Origin: Eukaryota sp. TZLM1-RC
Lineage: Eukaryota > Protista > Metamonada: BaSk clade
Direction: 5' to 3'
NCBI GenBank assembly: GCA_040285825.1
Contig: JAUPSS010000008.1
Coordinates: 558,001 to 622,000 of the forward strand
Length of the DNA: 64,000 bases
The notes under the pieces were generated by a model. That model made no database searches. It saw only the letters and a list, made by a program, of their open reading frames with translations, and was not told the DNA's origin. The position numbers and the translations under genes are program-made. Below are positions 1-11,519 of the stretch, piece after piece. The stretch's first letter is position 1. The number at the start of each line of letters is the position of its first letter.

Positions 1-96
1 CTGATTATGGGGAGGAATGCACATAAAGGAAGAGAGTGGTGAGGTTTAGGTAAAAAAAACGGAAACTTTTTATAATACCTACGGATTTTACCTACG

Positions 97-250
97 GTAA
101 AACTAATTTCTGATTCACTTTCTTCTTTTGGAAAATTTTCTGAATCTGTAGTAATTAACTGTTTCGATGTAGGAGATGCAGGTTTTGAAATTGTGGAGTT
201 TTAGTTGTGTATTTTATGTTTTCATATTCCTTATTAGATAAATAAAAAAA
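97..250 (+). mobile_element. 3' tip of RLE non-LTR retrotransposon (family ending ...GFEIVEF*)
   Basis: Translates to LISDSLSSFGKFSESVVINCFDVGDAGFEIVEF*, near-identical to the reverse complement of 20850-20960 and to the C-terminus of ORF 61419..62066; followed by AATAAA and A-rich sequence. Confidence 0.85.
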
Positions 251-267
251 TGTTAAAAAAAGCTGTG

Positions 268-332
268 AAAAGATCTTGATTCATTTCATATTCCAGTATT
301 TGACATTTTTGTGTTATTAGCTGATGTCGGAT
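268..332 (+). ncRNA. Putative Fanzor right end / omegaRNA 3' hairpin (family 2) overlapping the ZNF277 start codon
   Basis: 297-328 matches 47234-47265 at 27/32 nt, and that copy follows a Fanzor C-terminal relic; ATTTGACAT (298-306) can pair with ATGTCGGAT (324-332). Confidence 0.55.
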
Positions 333-1430
333 CTCACTGAACAGCAAGTATTAGAACTAGTCCAAGAAGATCCAGCAAAGACCAACGACGTTGCAAGCTG
401 CTTTTTCTGCTGTTACACAAATGACTCTCCTCATGAAGTCGTCAATCACCTTGAATCAACTCATTTCTTCTCTATAGAGAATCCTGAAGCTATCAATGAC
501 TTACCTAGATACCTCCGCATCTACTCAAAGATTCTCACTGACAAACCCTCACCCTTCTTCCTCTCTACAGACCTCCCTAACGATGATCTGATTCGCAAAA
601 CCATCAACAAAGATAAGCTGAAAGTTATGCTCAACCTTCAACATCAAGAAAGAGCTGACGACACCACTGTAAGAACATGTATCTTTTGTCGCCAGGAGTT
701 CACTGGAGACCGCTCTCAAGTCTTTCAGCATATGTTTACCACTCACAACCTCAACCTTGGAAGAGCAGATGGGTTAGTCAATGTAGATAAGCTCTTGACA
801 ATTCTGCATTCAAAGATGGATGCTCTTGAGTGTTTGTTTTGTAATAGAGTTTTTCGAAATAGGGAAGCTTTAAAGAACCACATGAAGAAGAAGAATCATA
901 TTAAAGTTCATCCAAGCGACAAACTTTATGATCAATTCTATATAATTAATTATTCCAATCCTGGAATTGGTTGGCAGAAACTTGATAAGGAAGTTGATGA
1001 TGAGCTGTACACGTCAACTGCTGAGAGTCTTGCGGAATCAATGATCGATAATTGGTCTGATTGGACTGACGATTTCGAGCAGGAGGTAAATTGTCTTTAT
1101 TGCGATGAAGTGTTTCCTAATGTGGAAAAGGTTCTCAGCCACTTTAAATCAGTTGAAGACGTAGATTTTATTAATATTGTTGAAAATTGCACGTTAATGG
1201 AGTTTGTGCAGTTAGTTAATTTTTTGAGAATTTGTGCTTCAAAGCTAAGGTGTCCGGCTTGCAATGAAACCTTTGATTGTAAAGCTGATTATCAATCACA
1301 CGTAATCAATCAAGGTCATCAGTTGCCCTTGGAAAATGAACACATTTCTCCACAGTATTTAATTCCTTTCGATTCGAATGATCCTCTTCTTTTTTCTTTA
1401 GAAGGATTTAAGGATGATGATTTGAATTAG
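324..1430 (+). CDS. ZNF277: C2H2 zinc-finger protein, ZNF277-like
   Basis: CIFCRQEF..HMFTTHNLNLG, CLFCNRVFRNREALKNHMKKKNH, YDQFYIINY, WSDW..CLYC, YLIP...DPLL: the ZNF277 motif order. Confidence 0.85.
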   Translation: MSDLTEQQVLELVQEDPAKTNDVASCFFCCYTNDSPHEVVNHLESTHFFSIENPEAINDLPRYLRIYSKILTDKPSPFFLSTDLPNDDLIRKTINKDKLKVMLNLQHQERADDTTVRTCIFCRQEFTGDRSQVFQHMFTTHNLNLGRADGLVNVDKLLTILHSKMDALECLFCNRVFRNREALKNHMKKKNHIKVHPSDKLYDQFYIINYSNPGIGWQKLDKEVDDELYTSTAESLAESMIDNWSDWTDDFEQEVNCLYCDEVFPNVEKVLSHFKSVEDVDFINIVENCTLMEFVQLVNFLRICASKLRCPACNETFDCKADYQSHVINQGHQLPLENEHISPQYLIPFDSNDPLLFSLEGFKDDDLN

Positions 1431-1508
1431 AATAGTATTTTACAAATAAATAATCGATAAAGTTATCATTAAAAATGTTTACAAACGAATTGAATTTACA
1501 ATCAAAAT

Positions 1509-2393
1509 CTAATCAGCATCTAGTCGGAAAGCCAACTTCTTTCCACGGTGACCTTTCAACAGATCATTCGCCACATACCTTACCAGATTAGAGCCTTGAA
1601 TTCCAATGTCTTCTTTAATCAAATTAACAGCTTCAACACGTGCAAACCGAATTGTCTTGGCTCCTTCAGCAGTAGCATTAGCATTAATGATATAAGAGTC
1701 AGCCAAAGCTCTTGCATTTCGGACGCGTACATCAGCTGCCCTAATGGTTTGATCCAATTCTGTATCCTTTTCAGTGAGTCTATTATCTCTTTGGCTTCTG
1801 GCAACATCAATGTCTCTTTCTGCAGCCTGTCTGTTGCTAATAGCATCTTCAAACACAGACGGTAAATCAATGTCATGTAGTTGGAAAGCAGTGACTCTGG
1901 TCGAAATTGCTTGAAGTTTATCACGAAGAGTATCTTCCATATGGTTCTGTACAATAGACCGTTCAGAAAAGAATTGAATAGCAGTGTAATTGCTGGCGAC
2001 ATCGCGGCAAATAGAACGGATGAGACAACGTATAACTGGTCTGTATTCGGTAATGAATCTGTCAAAAATGTAGTTAATGTCTTCAATGGCAAGTCTGTAC
2101 TGGAGCTCCACCTCCATGGTGACTTCTAAGCCATCATATGAGCGGAGATCTAGAGGGTTGTTCTCTTCTTTGGTAAAATCTTCAGTGATTTCAGTAGTGG
2201 GATATTTGTAAAAGGAAAAGCCCGGTCCAAGAAAGTATCGACCTGATACCAGTGGTACTTCACGAACCTTCCCGGTCCATCCATTGAGAACAAGAGCAAC
2301 ATGAGCAGGTTCAACAGTATAAAAGGAAGACATAAGAATGACTCCTAACACAACGATTATAAAGATAACAACATGAGCTACTGGACGCCCCAT
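1509..2393 (-). CDS. SPFH/Band-7/prohibitin-domain membrane protein
   Basis: N-terminal TM helix, SFYTVEPAHVAL, SYDGLEVTMEVELQYR, IDLPSVFEDAI, C-terminal coiled coil. Confidence 0.9.
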   Translation of the reverse strand: MGRPVAHVVIFIIVVLGVILMSSFYTVEPAHVALVLNGWTGKVREVPLVSGRYFLGPGFSFYKYPTTEITEDFTKEENNPLDLRSYDGLEVTMEVELQYRLAIEDINYIFDRFITEYRPVIRCLIRSICRDVASNYTAIQFFSERSIVQNHMEDTLRDKLQAISTRVTAFQLHDIDLPSVFEDAISNRQAAERDIDVARSQRDNRLTEKDTELDQTIRAADVRVRNARALADSYIINANATAEGAKTIRFARVEAVNLIKEDIGIQGSNLVRYVANDLLKGHRGKKLAFRLDAD

Positions 2394-2475
2394 TCTTACT
2401 GATATTATCTATAACAATGAAATAAGTGACCTTTTTACAGTGACCTAAGATATTGTAAGTTGAACTGTAAGTCCA
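2386..2475 (-). ncRNA. Putative Fanzor right end / omegaRNA (family 1) abutting the SPFH ATG
   Basis: Minus strand GTAAAAAGGTCACTTATTTCATTGTTATAGATAATATCAGTAAGA-ATG matches 33165-33211 and the minus strand of 20716-20763; directly downstream of a Fanzor ORF. Confidence 0.7.
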
Positions 2476-5150
2476 AATCCAAATGCATTTACCAAACCTA
2501 CATTGGAAATCCATACTTCATTTCAACTCCAGGCACTATTGAGCTGCCACATAGTTTAAGATGGACTGATATTTTCTTCTACAGAGATCTTCTTGACTAC
2601 TCTCTTTTTAGTTCCTCCCTGTCTTCCTTTAGCACCCGATGAGGATGTGCTTGTTTCAGGAACTTGCGATGGACAGTTTCTTCTGTTGTGGTCTTCTCCG
2701 CGACATAAACCACATCTTCTCGGTTTTTTGTCCTTCTCAGCAGTCTTCTTTTTCTGATCTCTCTGCGAAGTAGATGATCCATTTTCGAATTCTTTTGTTT
2801 GAGTTTTTGGTCTCTCGAAAATGGATGGTTCCAGTGAATCCTTCTGTTCACGCCATTCTTGTTGAAAATCTCTTTTTCTAGTAGGATTGTTTTGATTAAA
2901 TAAATCAATTTCTTGTTTTAATTTCTTTGCTTTTCTTTTTAGTTGTCGTTTGCCCTTAGGACCTAACACTTTAATACTAGAATCGTTGACACATTCTCCA
3001 AAATTTCCCTTGGCAGCACAACTGGAACAAGATTTACTCGTTCTATATTCATCAACTAGGAAAATTCGATAACCAAATCTTCTTAATAGTTTGCGGATTT
3101 CGGTTCCTCTAGTGGTTGTCCCTTTTCCCTTCCTTGTGTTTCCATTCGAGCTCCAGTCACCATAACCAATAACTACGTCTTCAGGGGAGCCAAAGGTCAA
3201 TTTGAATCTTTTCAACATGTTTCTTCACTTCTTTGATTATTCGAATACGTTTGAAATTTTCTTTTTCTAATCCATATTTCTTGGTAAAAAATATTCATAT
3301 GAACATTGTATCGCTCAAATTCCTTGATGTAATCATCAAAATGTTGACTGAAAAAAGATCTTTGTTGTCTGTTTGATACAGATAAAGAACATTGATTTAA
3401 AATATCCTGACATAAGTAATCACTATCAGGTAATTGTACTTTCCAATTTTTTTCAATTTTCTTTTTCCGTTCAACGATATTTGGTACTTTTTCTGTCAAA
3501 GTGTTATATTTGACCGTTTTCCACCAGTGTGTGGGTTTAAGTTGTGCATAATCAGAGTCAGACTTGGAATAGATTGATATATTTTGTAATTGTTTCTCTC
3601 TTCTTTTAATGCCTTTGCTTTTTTGCTCCTGATTTCTGGTAGTTTTCTTTTTTTATAAAACACATTTTGTGAAATTTGTTCTGGGGTAATAGTTACAGCA
3701 GGATTTGGAGAAACACAGTGCATTAAATCGTACTCGTTAGGGTCAATATCAACTATTCTTTTATCTTTTAACTTCAACTTTTCGTCATTTTCAGCAGACA
3801 AGGACTGTATGCATCGCTCTGGGTGCGCTTAAGTCTTGGAAATAGAATTTTTAAAAACATTTCCATTTTCATCAGCCATGTCTTTACGAATTAAGACCAC
3901 TGAACAAGCAATCCCGTCTGTTACAATTGAGGAGAATTTTAATTGAAAGCAACCTTTAGTCTCCCGTTTGTAGGAATCTAATACCTTATCAGTTAGTATT
4001 TCGGTAAAAACTGATTTTCTAATTTCATTTGCTCTCCCTTTGAACTTGCCAAATCTTTCATTGAGCCAATGACTATAGAGTCTTATATGCCGTGGAATCA
4101 ATGTAGTTGTCAATGGAAAAGGATTACTGACTGACAAAGGTTTGCCATCCTGGGAACAAAATGATTGAATGGTTCTGTTAATACTTAAAGCTTGAGAGAG
4201 AAATTTCAATGGCTTGGCTGATTGAGTATAATAAAGATTTTTACCCTTAATAAAAGTGGGAATTAAACAATGTTTCATTTTAGCAAAAAACTTTAAAGTC
4301 AAGTCTGACTGGGGAAAGGGAAAAACAATGTGATCATTGATAAAAAGTTTATCAAAGTTTCCACTGATAATGGCTTCCCTGAGTTTGTTGAAATTAGTTA
4401 ATAACTCTTTCTTCAGATGTTGTTCCTAAATTTGTTCTAGTCTGAACTTCTTCAAGGGGATAATGTTTAACCAGCGCAAAACGTATTCATGAAAGTGTTT
4501 GCTGAGATTATTGCCATAATTAATGGCAAGTTGTTTGGCTGTGTAGTGCGAAACTCGATTCATTGATGTATTACCTGGAAATTGAGTCCTTCTTTGAATA
4601 AGCTCATTATCAAGATTTTGTAGAATTGGATAAAAGAAATTCAGGTAGTTAAAACTAATTTTTTGTTTCAAAGTGTAATTCGAAATACCCTTATCTTCAA
4701 TTACTTTTTCGCTTCAATCTTTGATAGTTCCAGTTCTGAATTATTTGCGTTTGACTTCGCGACAAACATCCGCCTTAAAACTAATTTATTTGATGCTAAT
4801 TTAATTGATTCGGCTTAAATCTGGTAGTTGAATTGAGAAATCATTAAAATCGAAATACGCATCATAGTCGTATTCATGCATTGAATGCGCAGTTTCGATT
4901 GGGTAAAATGTTTCTTCAATCTGAAGGGCATCAAAATCATAACCATTCATCAAATCAATCTCTAACTTCCTTTACTCAGTATTTTCATATTGACACAGTA
5001 AGAAAAATTTAAAGAAGGATGTTCCTCTGATAGTAGCTAATTGGTTATTGTGAACACACTTACAAGTCAAAGTACGCTTGTCATGGTCGTTGATTGTTTT
5101 ATTTATTCTTCTTTTTACAACTGTTATTGTAGGTTTTTCGACAATTAATT
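2440..5150 (-). pseudogene. Fanzor1 (TnpB-like RuvC nuclease) pseudogene, frameshifted, with an inserted CCHC knuckle
   Basis: Fragments in the expected order: TVVKRRINKTI..IRGTSFFKFFLL; NYGNNLSKHFHEYVLRWLN; PRHIRL; FSSIVTDGIACSV; RuvC-I IVDIDPNEYDL; RKRKFQTYSNNQRSE; VVIGYGDWS; FLVDEYRTSKSCSSC; degenerate RuvC-III (CIWIWTYSSTYNIL). Confidence 0.9.
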
Positions 5151-5789
5151 GAAAATGATGATGAAAGAAGGAATTAGCCGTTGATCAGTCCGCCGCTATT
5201 TTAGAGGCGTTCGTAACCGAAGGTGGCCGCGGCCTGCGATCAGCGGTGTTCATGGCTATGCAGACAGCCCTGCAATGGAACAGTCTCATTTCATCAAGAA
5301 TACGGATTACTTGATGTAGATGTTCAGCCAGAATTCTGTATTATCATTTCCCCACAATTCAGTAGTTTTGATTTGTTCTGACAGTTGAGTATTTTTTTTT
5401 CTTTCAATAGAAACTTTAGACGACCCACCTTTATTTACAATTTTCTATAAAAATTTCAAGTTCTACTCTTGAAACGAAATTGTTGATTTCATTTTGAAAC
5501 AGTTTAGAAATAACATTTTCAATGCTATTGATTCCCTTTTTGACAATACACAAAGACTGAATTACCTTTCTTAAATCTATAGTCATAAAAGATTCTAATA
5601 CAGTCTCGCTTAACCATCTTTTAAACCACAGAGGGCTGTGAGGAATATAGTTGGTTAATTGGAAATCTGTTTCAATTTGCAACAATTTACAGCGTTGAAT
5701 AAAAAAAGAAAAAAATAATTCGTCTGTGATGTAGCCAATAAGTAACTCGGGCTTAACCTCCAGGTTTAACCTTACTTGATATTTTTTGG

Positions 5790-6165
5790 CAAAATATTTT
5801 TATTTTCAACGAACAAAGCATTAAAAGAACTAGAACTCAATATCCTCAATATACGCATCAACATCATCAAACCTCTTATGCGCGCTATTTTCATACTCTA
5901 TTCCTAACTGTAACAGTGCTTTGGTCAGCATTTCTGGAATTGATTTAAGAATACTGAAAACAATTCTATTGTGCCAAAAATTGAAGTTCAATTCTTTTCC
6001 TGCTCTTTCTTTTATTAAACATCTGAAACCTTCGAGAAATTTAATGCCAGATACTCCAATGTTACCATATAGAGAAACAGCAAAAGGAACCAGCTGGTAC
6101 TTTACATGCTCAACTCGTCCTAGACATTGTTTAATTTTATTTTTGGAAGACACATTTCTAAATTA
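5790..6165 (-). mobile_element. 5'-truncated RLE non-LTR retrotransposon (family ending ...IEDIEF*)
   Basis: VPFAVSLYGNIG..FWHNRIVFSILK; homologous to 62975-63330 and 38470-38838. Confidence 0.85.
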
Positions 6166-6229
6166 AACCAAAAACCTTAACTAATACTTTTACCTACTAA
6201 AAACCCCATGAACTGAATGACGGGAGATT

Positions 6230-6760
6230 TTCGTCATTCACTTGCACAAAGAAAACGTTTATTCAGAGAGTTCTACAACATTTTAATCTAGGTCATTAAC
6301 CTGACCAATCACTTTGTTTAAGTGGTCTGGGAGAGATTTATGTGTGGATACAGATTCTTGAACAAATACATCTACTACAGTAGTTGCAACTTGCAATAGG
6401 GGTTCGGGAAAACGTTTTCGAACAGAACCTTGATGACACGTATCCATGAACAAAAACCAGTACGGCCGAACGTTCGGAAGGGGTGCGAATGTTCAGAATT
6501 CTAACATTGCTTCTTGATAGCTTGTTCTTTGGACCTTCATCAACCTTGCCTTACTGACAGTTATGACTTTTTAGTCAGTTTGAATAATATCCTTTTTGAA
6601 AAATTAGAAGTCTGATTATCCTGGATGAGGAACAACAATAATAATAGGAATTATTCCTTGATATTGAGGAGGATTAATGTCAATGTCATCAATCGATTGT
6701 TCCGTACCTTGAATTTTTGTGCGGCGACCTTTTATTTCAAGTGATGAACTAGTAGGATTA
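6230..6760 (-). pseudogene. Highly decayed Fanzor relic
   Basis: Minus strand 6601-6720 reads EQSIDDIDINPPQYQG..PHPG*SDF, aligning with EKYIDDRSINPSEFQD..ADPGKSDL of the 32-kb Fanzor. Confidence 0.55.
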
Positions 6761-7497
6761 GTTTGCGACAGTGTTCCTTAATAAAAAGTAATTTTAATGC
6801 GTAGGCAAAAGAGTTTCCTTCAATTTGAGCGCTAGAGCTCGAATTTATATAAACTATAATAGACTATTATATAGAGCTAATCAAGGCTTACACAAGTCGA
6901 TCCTTGTTACCATTTTGTTATCGGTCCTCCTCCTTAGTTTTGATGCTAGAAATGGTGCACTCTGTATTCTCTGAAACAAGTATGGTGTTTTTGAGCTTGG
7001 TCATTTTTAAAAGTATGTTTTACGCTTCAACAAAGATGAGTCAAGACATTTTCCTTAAACTTTTTGTCAGAGTTTATGATAAATGAAATTTTAAACATCG
7101 AAAAGTTAATAAAAGAAGGGTGTCAAATACCAGCTACTTTTCTTTACTTTTAGCTGCCTTTTTTGACTTGAATTAATTTTGAGCGTCATTCATGGAAACC
7201 AATAGTGAAATCATGACTTATATTTAGAAATTACTATCAAAACGATATTAAAATATATCCAACAACAGACCAAGAAGACCGTGATGTCCAAAAAGTAGAG
7301 TGGCTGTGATTTATAACTGCAACAAACATCTCTACTATACCTGGCTTCCAAATGCACTGTAGCAACATCTTCTTCTTGGTCATCTCTTGATCTCATGAAG
7401 AGAATCTTCAGTTGATGAATTTTGGGTTTGTAATTCAAAGTTTGTTTCCAAAAAATTGTTCTGTAAGTTCTTGTTAATCAATTCTTCAGGTTCAGCT

Positions 7498-8610
7498 ATG
7501 AATCATACAATGTATATAACTCTACGTTGGATAATGGATTTCTCCTTTCTTGTTGCTCCTATTATCTTTGGTGTAAACAGTCTCTCTAAGGCCATGTATT
7601 TACCTCTTTTGTTCCTTCTCTTTGACAATGTTTATTCCCCACATAGAGTGCCGTCCATTTCAACCACCGATCAACTGTTCAAATCATTCGTTCAGCTGTT
7701 TACCACTCTGTGTATTCTAGCTGTTGATTTTCCTTCTTTTGTTCAAACATTTGCCAAGTCGTCCTTCCGAGGAAACTCTCTCATGGATCTTGGTATTGGA
7801 AGTACTGTGTTTATCAAAGGGTTTACCTCCAAGCAGAATAATAGCAATAGGACAGTTTTTTATCTTGCTTGTTTTCTTTCAAGATGTATTTTAATTCATT
7901 TGTTTTATTCACAGGGGGTAATTACTATGGGGGAATACGGCACTTTTTGGAATTTCTTCCTGTCAATGTTTATTTTAGAACTTTTCTGGAGTTTGCTGGA
8001 CCACACGTTTGTCGTTCAGTATTCTTTTTTTTCTTGTTTATGTTTATCCTTCATTAGTTTTCATTTCCTCAGAGATTCGTCTTTCTTGACGACCTTATAC
8101 CACACCAAACAATCAAGTAGTTCAAACCTTTTTTTCCAAAATTATTCTGGAATTGTTGGATTATTTGGTCTTTTCTCCATTAGACTTGGATCTCATTCCT
8201 TGTTTAAATCCAGAAACAATTTTTCTAGTTTGATATTAAAACAATCTCTATTCACCTTCATTTACCTCATATTCTCTCTTAGGTTTAAACCATCTGTGAA
8301 GTTGGTTGATGGGGTTTATGTTACATGGGTGCTTTCTGTTTGTGGCTGGTTATGGTTGGGCTGTTTTCTTTTATCTGGATGGATTGATATCACCAAGCAC
8401 CCCCTAATCACCTCGCTTGGTAGGAACATGACCTCTGTATTTGTCTTTTCCAACCTTCTAACTGGAGTCTTTAATGTTGTTTTCCTCAAAAGGGGAGTTT
8501 TTTTCAATAGGATGGGGGCAATCTCAGTTTTGACTATTTATATGTTTTTAGTTTGTGTATTTGCTCTACTTAAGTGCACTCGGTTAAGAGTTACCTTTGG
8601 CTTCTTTTAG
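7498..8610 (+). CDS. PIGW: GPI inositol acyltransferase PIG-W/GWT1
   Basis: CILAVDFPSF, FAKS..GNSLMDLGIG, EYGTFWNFF, F(VF)SNLLTG; multi-pass membrane protein; start codon uncertain. Confidence 0.9.
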   Translation: MNHTMYITLRWIMDFSFLVAPIIFGVNSLSKAMYLPLLFLLFDNVYSPHRVPSISTTDQLFKSFVQLFTTLCILAVDFPSFVQTFAKSSFRGNSLMDLGIGSTVFIKGFTSKQNNSNRTVFYLACFLSRCILIHLFYSQGVITMGEYGTFWNFFLSMFILELFWSLLDHTFVVQYSFFSCLCLSFISFHFLRDSSFLTTLYHTKQSSSSNLFFQNYSGIVGLFGLFSIRLGSHSLFKSRNNFSSLILKQSLFTFIYLIFSLRFKPSVKLVDGVYVTWVLSVCGWLWLGCFLLSGWIDITKHPLITSLGRNMTSVFVFSNLLTGVFNVVFLKRGVFFNRMGAISVLTIYMFLVCVFALLKCTRLRVTFGFF

Positions 8611-9109
8611 TTGTTTTTGATCTTCATATTTCAACCCTAACTTGAACCCTAACCGTAACATTCACTTACGATAGACACAATATTTCAACACTTTATGTTT
8701 GTCAAGAATTGATTTAATTGCAAAGTAACCCTTTGCCGACAGTCACATCTTTTTGTTTAGCTCATTCAAGTTCATCGTGTAGTTTCCTAATTACCAATAA
8801 AATTAAACAAGAAATTAAAATTATTCATTATTTGTTACGTTGTGCCTTTCTATAAAAATTGTCCTCAGTTTATTGCTTTGCTTGTGAAAGTGTAGCCTAT
8901 TTACTGCAAAGCATTCTTCCAAGCCAAACCTATTTACAAATTGATCAACTTTCGTTTGTTCAAATTTGGAACTTTGGTACTGTGTGTGAAATATCATCAT
9001 CAGAATTGCTTTCAATTCAATCAAAAATGATAGTTCTATGCTAAAGGACTTATTTTTCCTTTTTCCCTCGGCTTTTGACTTCAACTTTGATGGTAAACTG
9101 AAATGCCTA

Positions 9110-9835
9110 ATTGCGCACTTATAACTTGCAATATTCTGTTTTAACCAAAAAAAGGCAGGGATTCTTGTTATATTTGAGGTGATTTGAAAATGTCACAATT
9201 GATTCTTTGATTACCATAACATTAGTAATTAAGCTAAACCAAAATGTGTTCATCTACATCCAAGGGAACACCAATAAGTTGAAAGCTAATTTCAGAATTG
9301 GTTATTCTATACTATCCAGTAATAAAATCAAACTTTTTATCATCAATCAAAGTCTTGGACTGATTACCTAGCAATACTAATGCTGATCCCAATTTATCAG
9401 TAGTCCTGGACTTTACTACTGTTCATCCCTGCAACAATTATGTATTTTTCAGTCAATGAAATGAGATTTGTATCATTTAGAAAACACTGAAAACGCTAAA
9501 GTTGAGAAGTATAAGGCTTAATTATTAGTTAAGGTTTGAATTGTCGTCCAATGTAGTTCAAACGGAAAACTATCACTAGAAGCAGGAACTTCTTTGAATG
9601 ATTTCCAAAAAATGGTTCAAGAAACAACAATGAAAAGATTTGCTAATTTTTTCATGGCGCTCTCGAATTCAATTTGCCATAATTAATAGATTGCCTCGGT
9701 GTTTCAATCGAACTAGAGAAGTTTTAGCGAGACATCAAGCACATTGAAATTTTGTAGAGGAAATCTTGGTTCAATGATTTTCGTCCCATTAGTTATGAAT
9801 TTATTTTGTTAAGTGTAAAAGTTTATTAAATATAA
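9110..9835 (+). mobile_element. Decayed RLE non-LTR fragments, including the 3' end of the ...EEILVQ* family
   Basis: 9556-9830 is homologous to 25600-25870. Confidence 0.7.
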
Positions 9836-9939
9836 TTCTTAAATTTTTCACGAATTCTGTGTTCGAAACTTCTGGATTCCTTTTCAAGACAAATTTTTAT
9901 TAATAAATTTATATAATTAATATTTCATGAATTTATTAA

Positions 9940-10130
9940 GCAACTTATAAATCAACATCAAAATAATCCTTGTCTCTGAAACAAAAACAATTAGAAGCAA
10001 CTCCCTCAAAAAGATCCAAGATACAGCAATGCATCAGAAACCGTCTTCAACATTCTTTTAAAAATAGAAAACCCAATTCCATTCTGCCAAAGTAATGCAT
10101 TGAGATTCTTACTGATCATTTTGTCAATAT
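9940..10130 (-). mobile_element. Decayed RLE non-LTR 3' end (same family as 52230-52550)
   Basis: Nucleotide similarity to 52245-52420. Confidence 0.65.
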
Positions 10131-10451
10131 TCAAAAAGTGCCAAATGGCGTAATGAACTAAGATTGCCTCTACAAAATATTCTTGTTTTCACGCCATTGA
10201 TTCTCTTATTCGATCCATAAACCAAGGTAATCTATTGATTGTGGCGATTAGGATTCGAGAACGCCATCAAGAGCTATCAACTCTCATTATTGTTATTTCT
10301 TGAACCAATTTTTGGACCTAGTTCAAAAAAATTCCTGTATCTACTGATAGCCTTCTGTTTATAAAGAATGGGCAAACAATAAAAAAAGTTTTCTTCTATC
10401 AGCATTGAAATCTAGAAACTCAATAGGAGAAATAAATTGAAATTGGATCCA

Positions 10452-11261
10452 ATGTTCTGCTCTATCAAGTTAATATTCAGGTGGGATATCAATTACTTAG
10501 CCCTTTGTTCGGTCTTCTTGTTGCATTTCTTGGGAACCACCCTCCATGTGTATCTTGGGGAAACAACTCCTTCTATTTTCTTTGTTCAACTCGCATTTTC
10601 TTTGGTTTTTTTCTGTCTTTGTAGTCTTACTTCCGTCCGTTCGGAACCTGCTGATGTTGAATCTTGTCCCTTATCAACTGGAGCTCCTCCTCTAAGGTTT
10701 TGCAATAAGTGTCAACACTACCAAGTGTACAGATGCAAGCATTGTATCCATTGTAACAAGTGTATAGACAAGTATGACCATCATTGCATGTGGCTAGGTA
10801 CTTGCATTGGAAGAAGAAATCATCTTTATTTTCTAGTTTTTCTGGTGTTTGAGTTCCTTATACTAAAAGAATTTGTTAAGAGATGTTTGGTGAGTGCTCT
10901 AGAAGGACCTGATTTATTTAATTTCTCGTTTCGTTTTCTTAATTTTATTCTATATCTTGGTTTTTTGTTGGTTTGTATTATTTCATCATTTTTGCTCATG
11001 ATGGTAGCTGGCCTTTTTTTCTTCAATCTTTTTCTGATTGTCACCAATCAAACCTCATGGGAATTATTTAAGCGTGATAGAATCACTTATCTGAAGGATT
11101 TAGCTTTTTCTGTCCGGCCCTTTGATCGTGGGGTTTTAAGAAATGTTCTAGAATTCTTAGTGGTTAATTTTAAAAGAAAAATTTGGGATATAACAAATTA
11201 TGATTCACTAAAGAAAAAGGATGATGTAGATGAAGATTCTAGTTGGTTTTCTTGGTTTTAA
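10452..11261 (+). CDS. DHHC palmitoyltransferase
   Basis: CNKC..RCKHCIHCNKCIDKYDHHCMWLGTCIGRRNH, TNQTSWE, PFDRGVLRN. Confidence 0.95.
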   Translation: MFCSIKLIFRWDINYLALCSVFLLHFLGTTLHVYLGETTPSIFFVQLAFSLVFFCLCSLTSVRSEPADVESCPLSTGAPPLRFCNKCQHYQVYRCKHCIHCNKCIDKYDHHCMWLGTCIGRRNHLYFLVFLVFEFLILKEFVKRCLVSALEGPDLFNFSFRFLNFILYLGFLLVCIISSFLLMMVAGLFFFNLFLIVTNQTSWELFKRDRITYLKDLAFSVRPFDRGVLRNVLEFLVVNFKRKIWDITNYDSLKKKDDVDEDSSWFSWF

Positions 11262-11519
11262 ATGTACAACTTTGGTCAATGTTCTTTTTTGGGTTTTTCA
11301 TTAATTTTTGTTTACTGTATCTTTTAATGGAATTAGAGAATTGAATTAATTATTTTGGAACAATACCAATGTTTCTCGTACTTAGCTTCTCATTTTGTGG
11401 ATGCTGCAAATCACAAACAAATTAGAAATAAAAATCATTAATATATGTTATTATTAATTCAATTATTATTATCAATTCCCTGGAAGTACCATTAAATGAT
11501 TATACTTCAACTAGTTTCT

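Noticed and set aside
7211-7396. Small TM-containing ORF divergent from PIG-W
   Set aside because: 61 aa with no recognisable homology; cannot be supported
8632-8660. Interstitial telomeric repeat (AACCCTAA twice)
   Set aside because: Too short and degenerate to support; TAACC near some retro ends is not consistent
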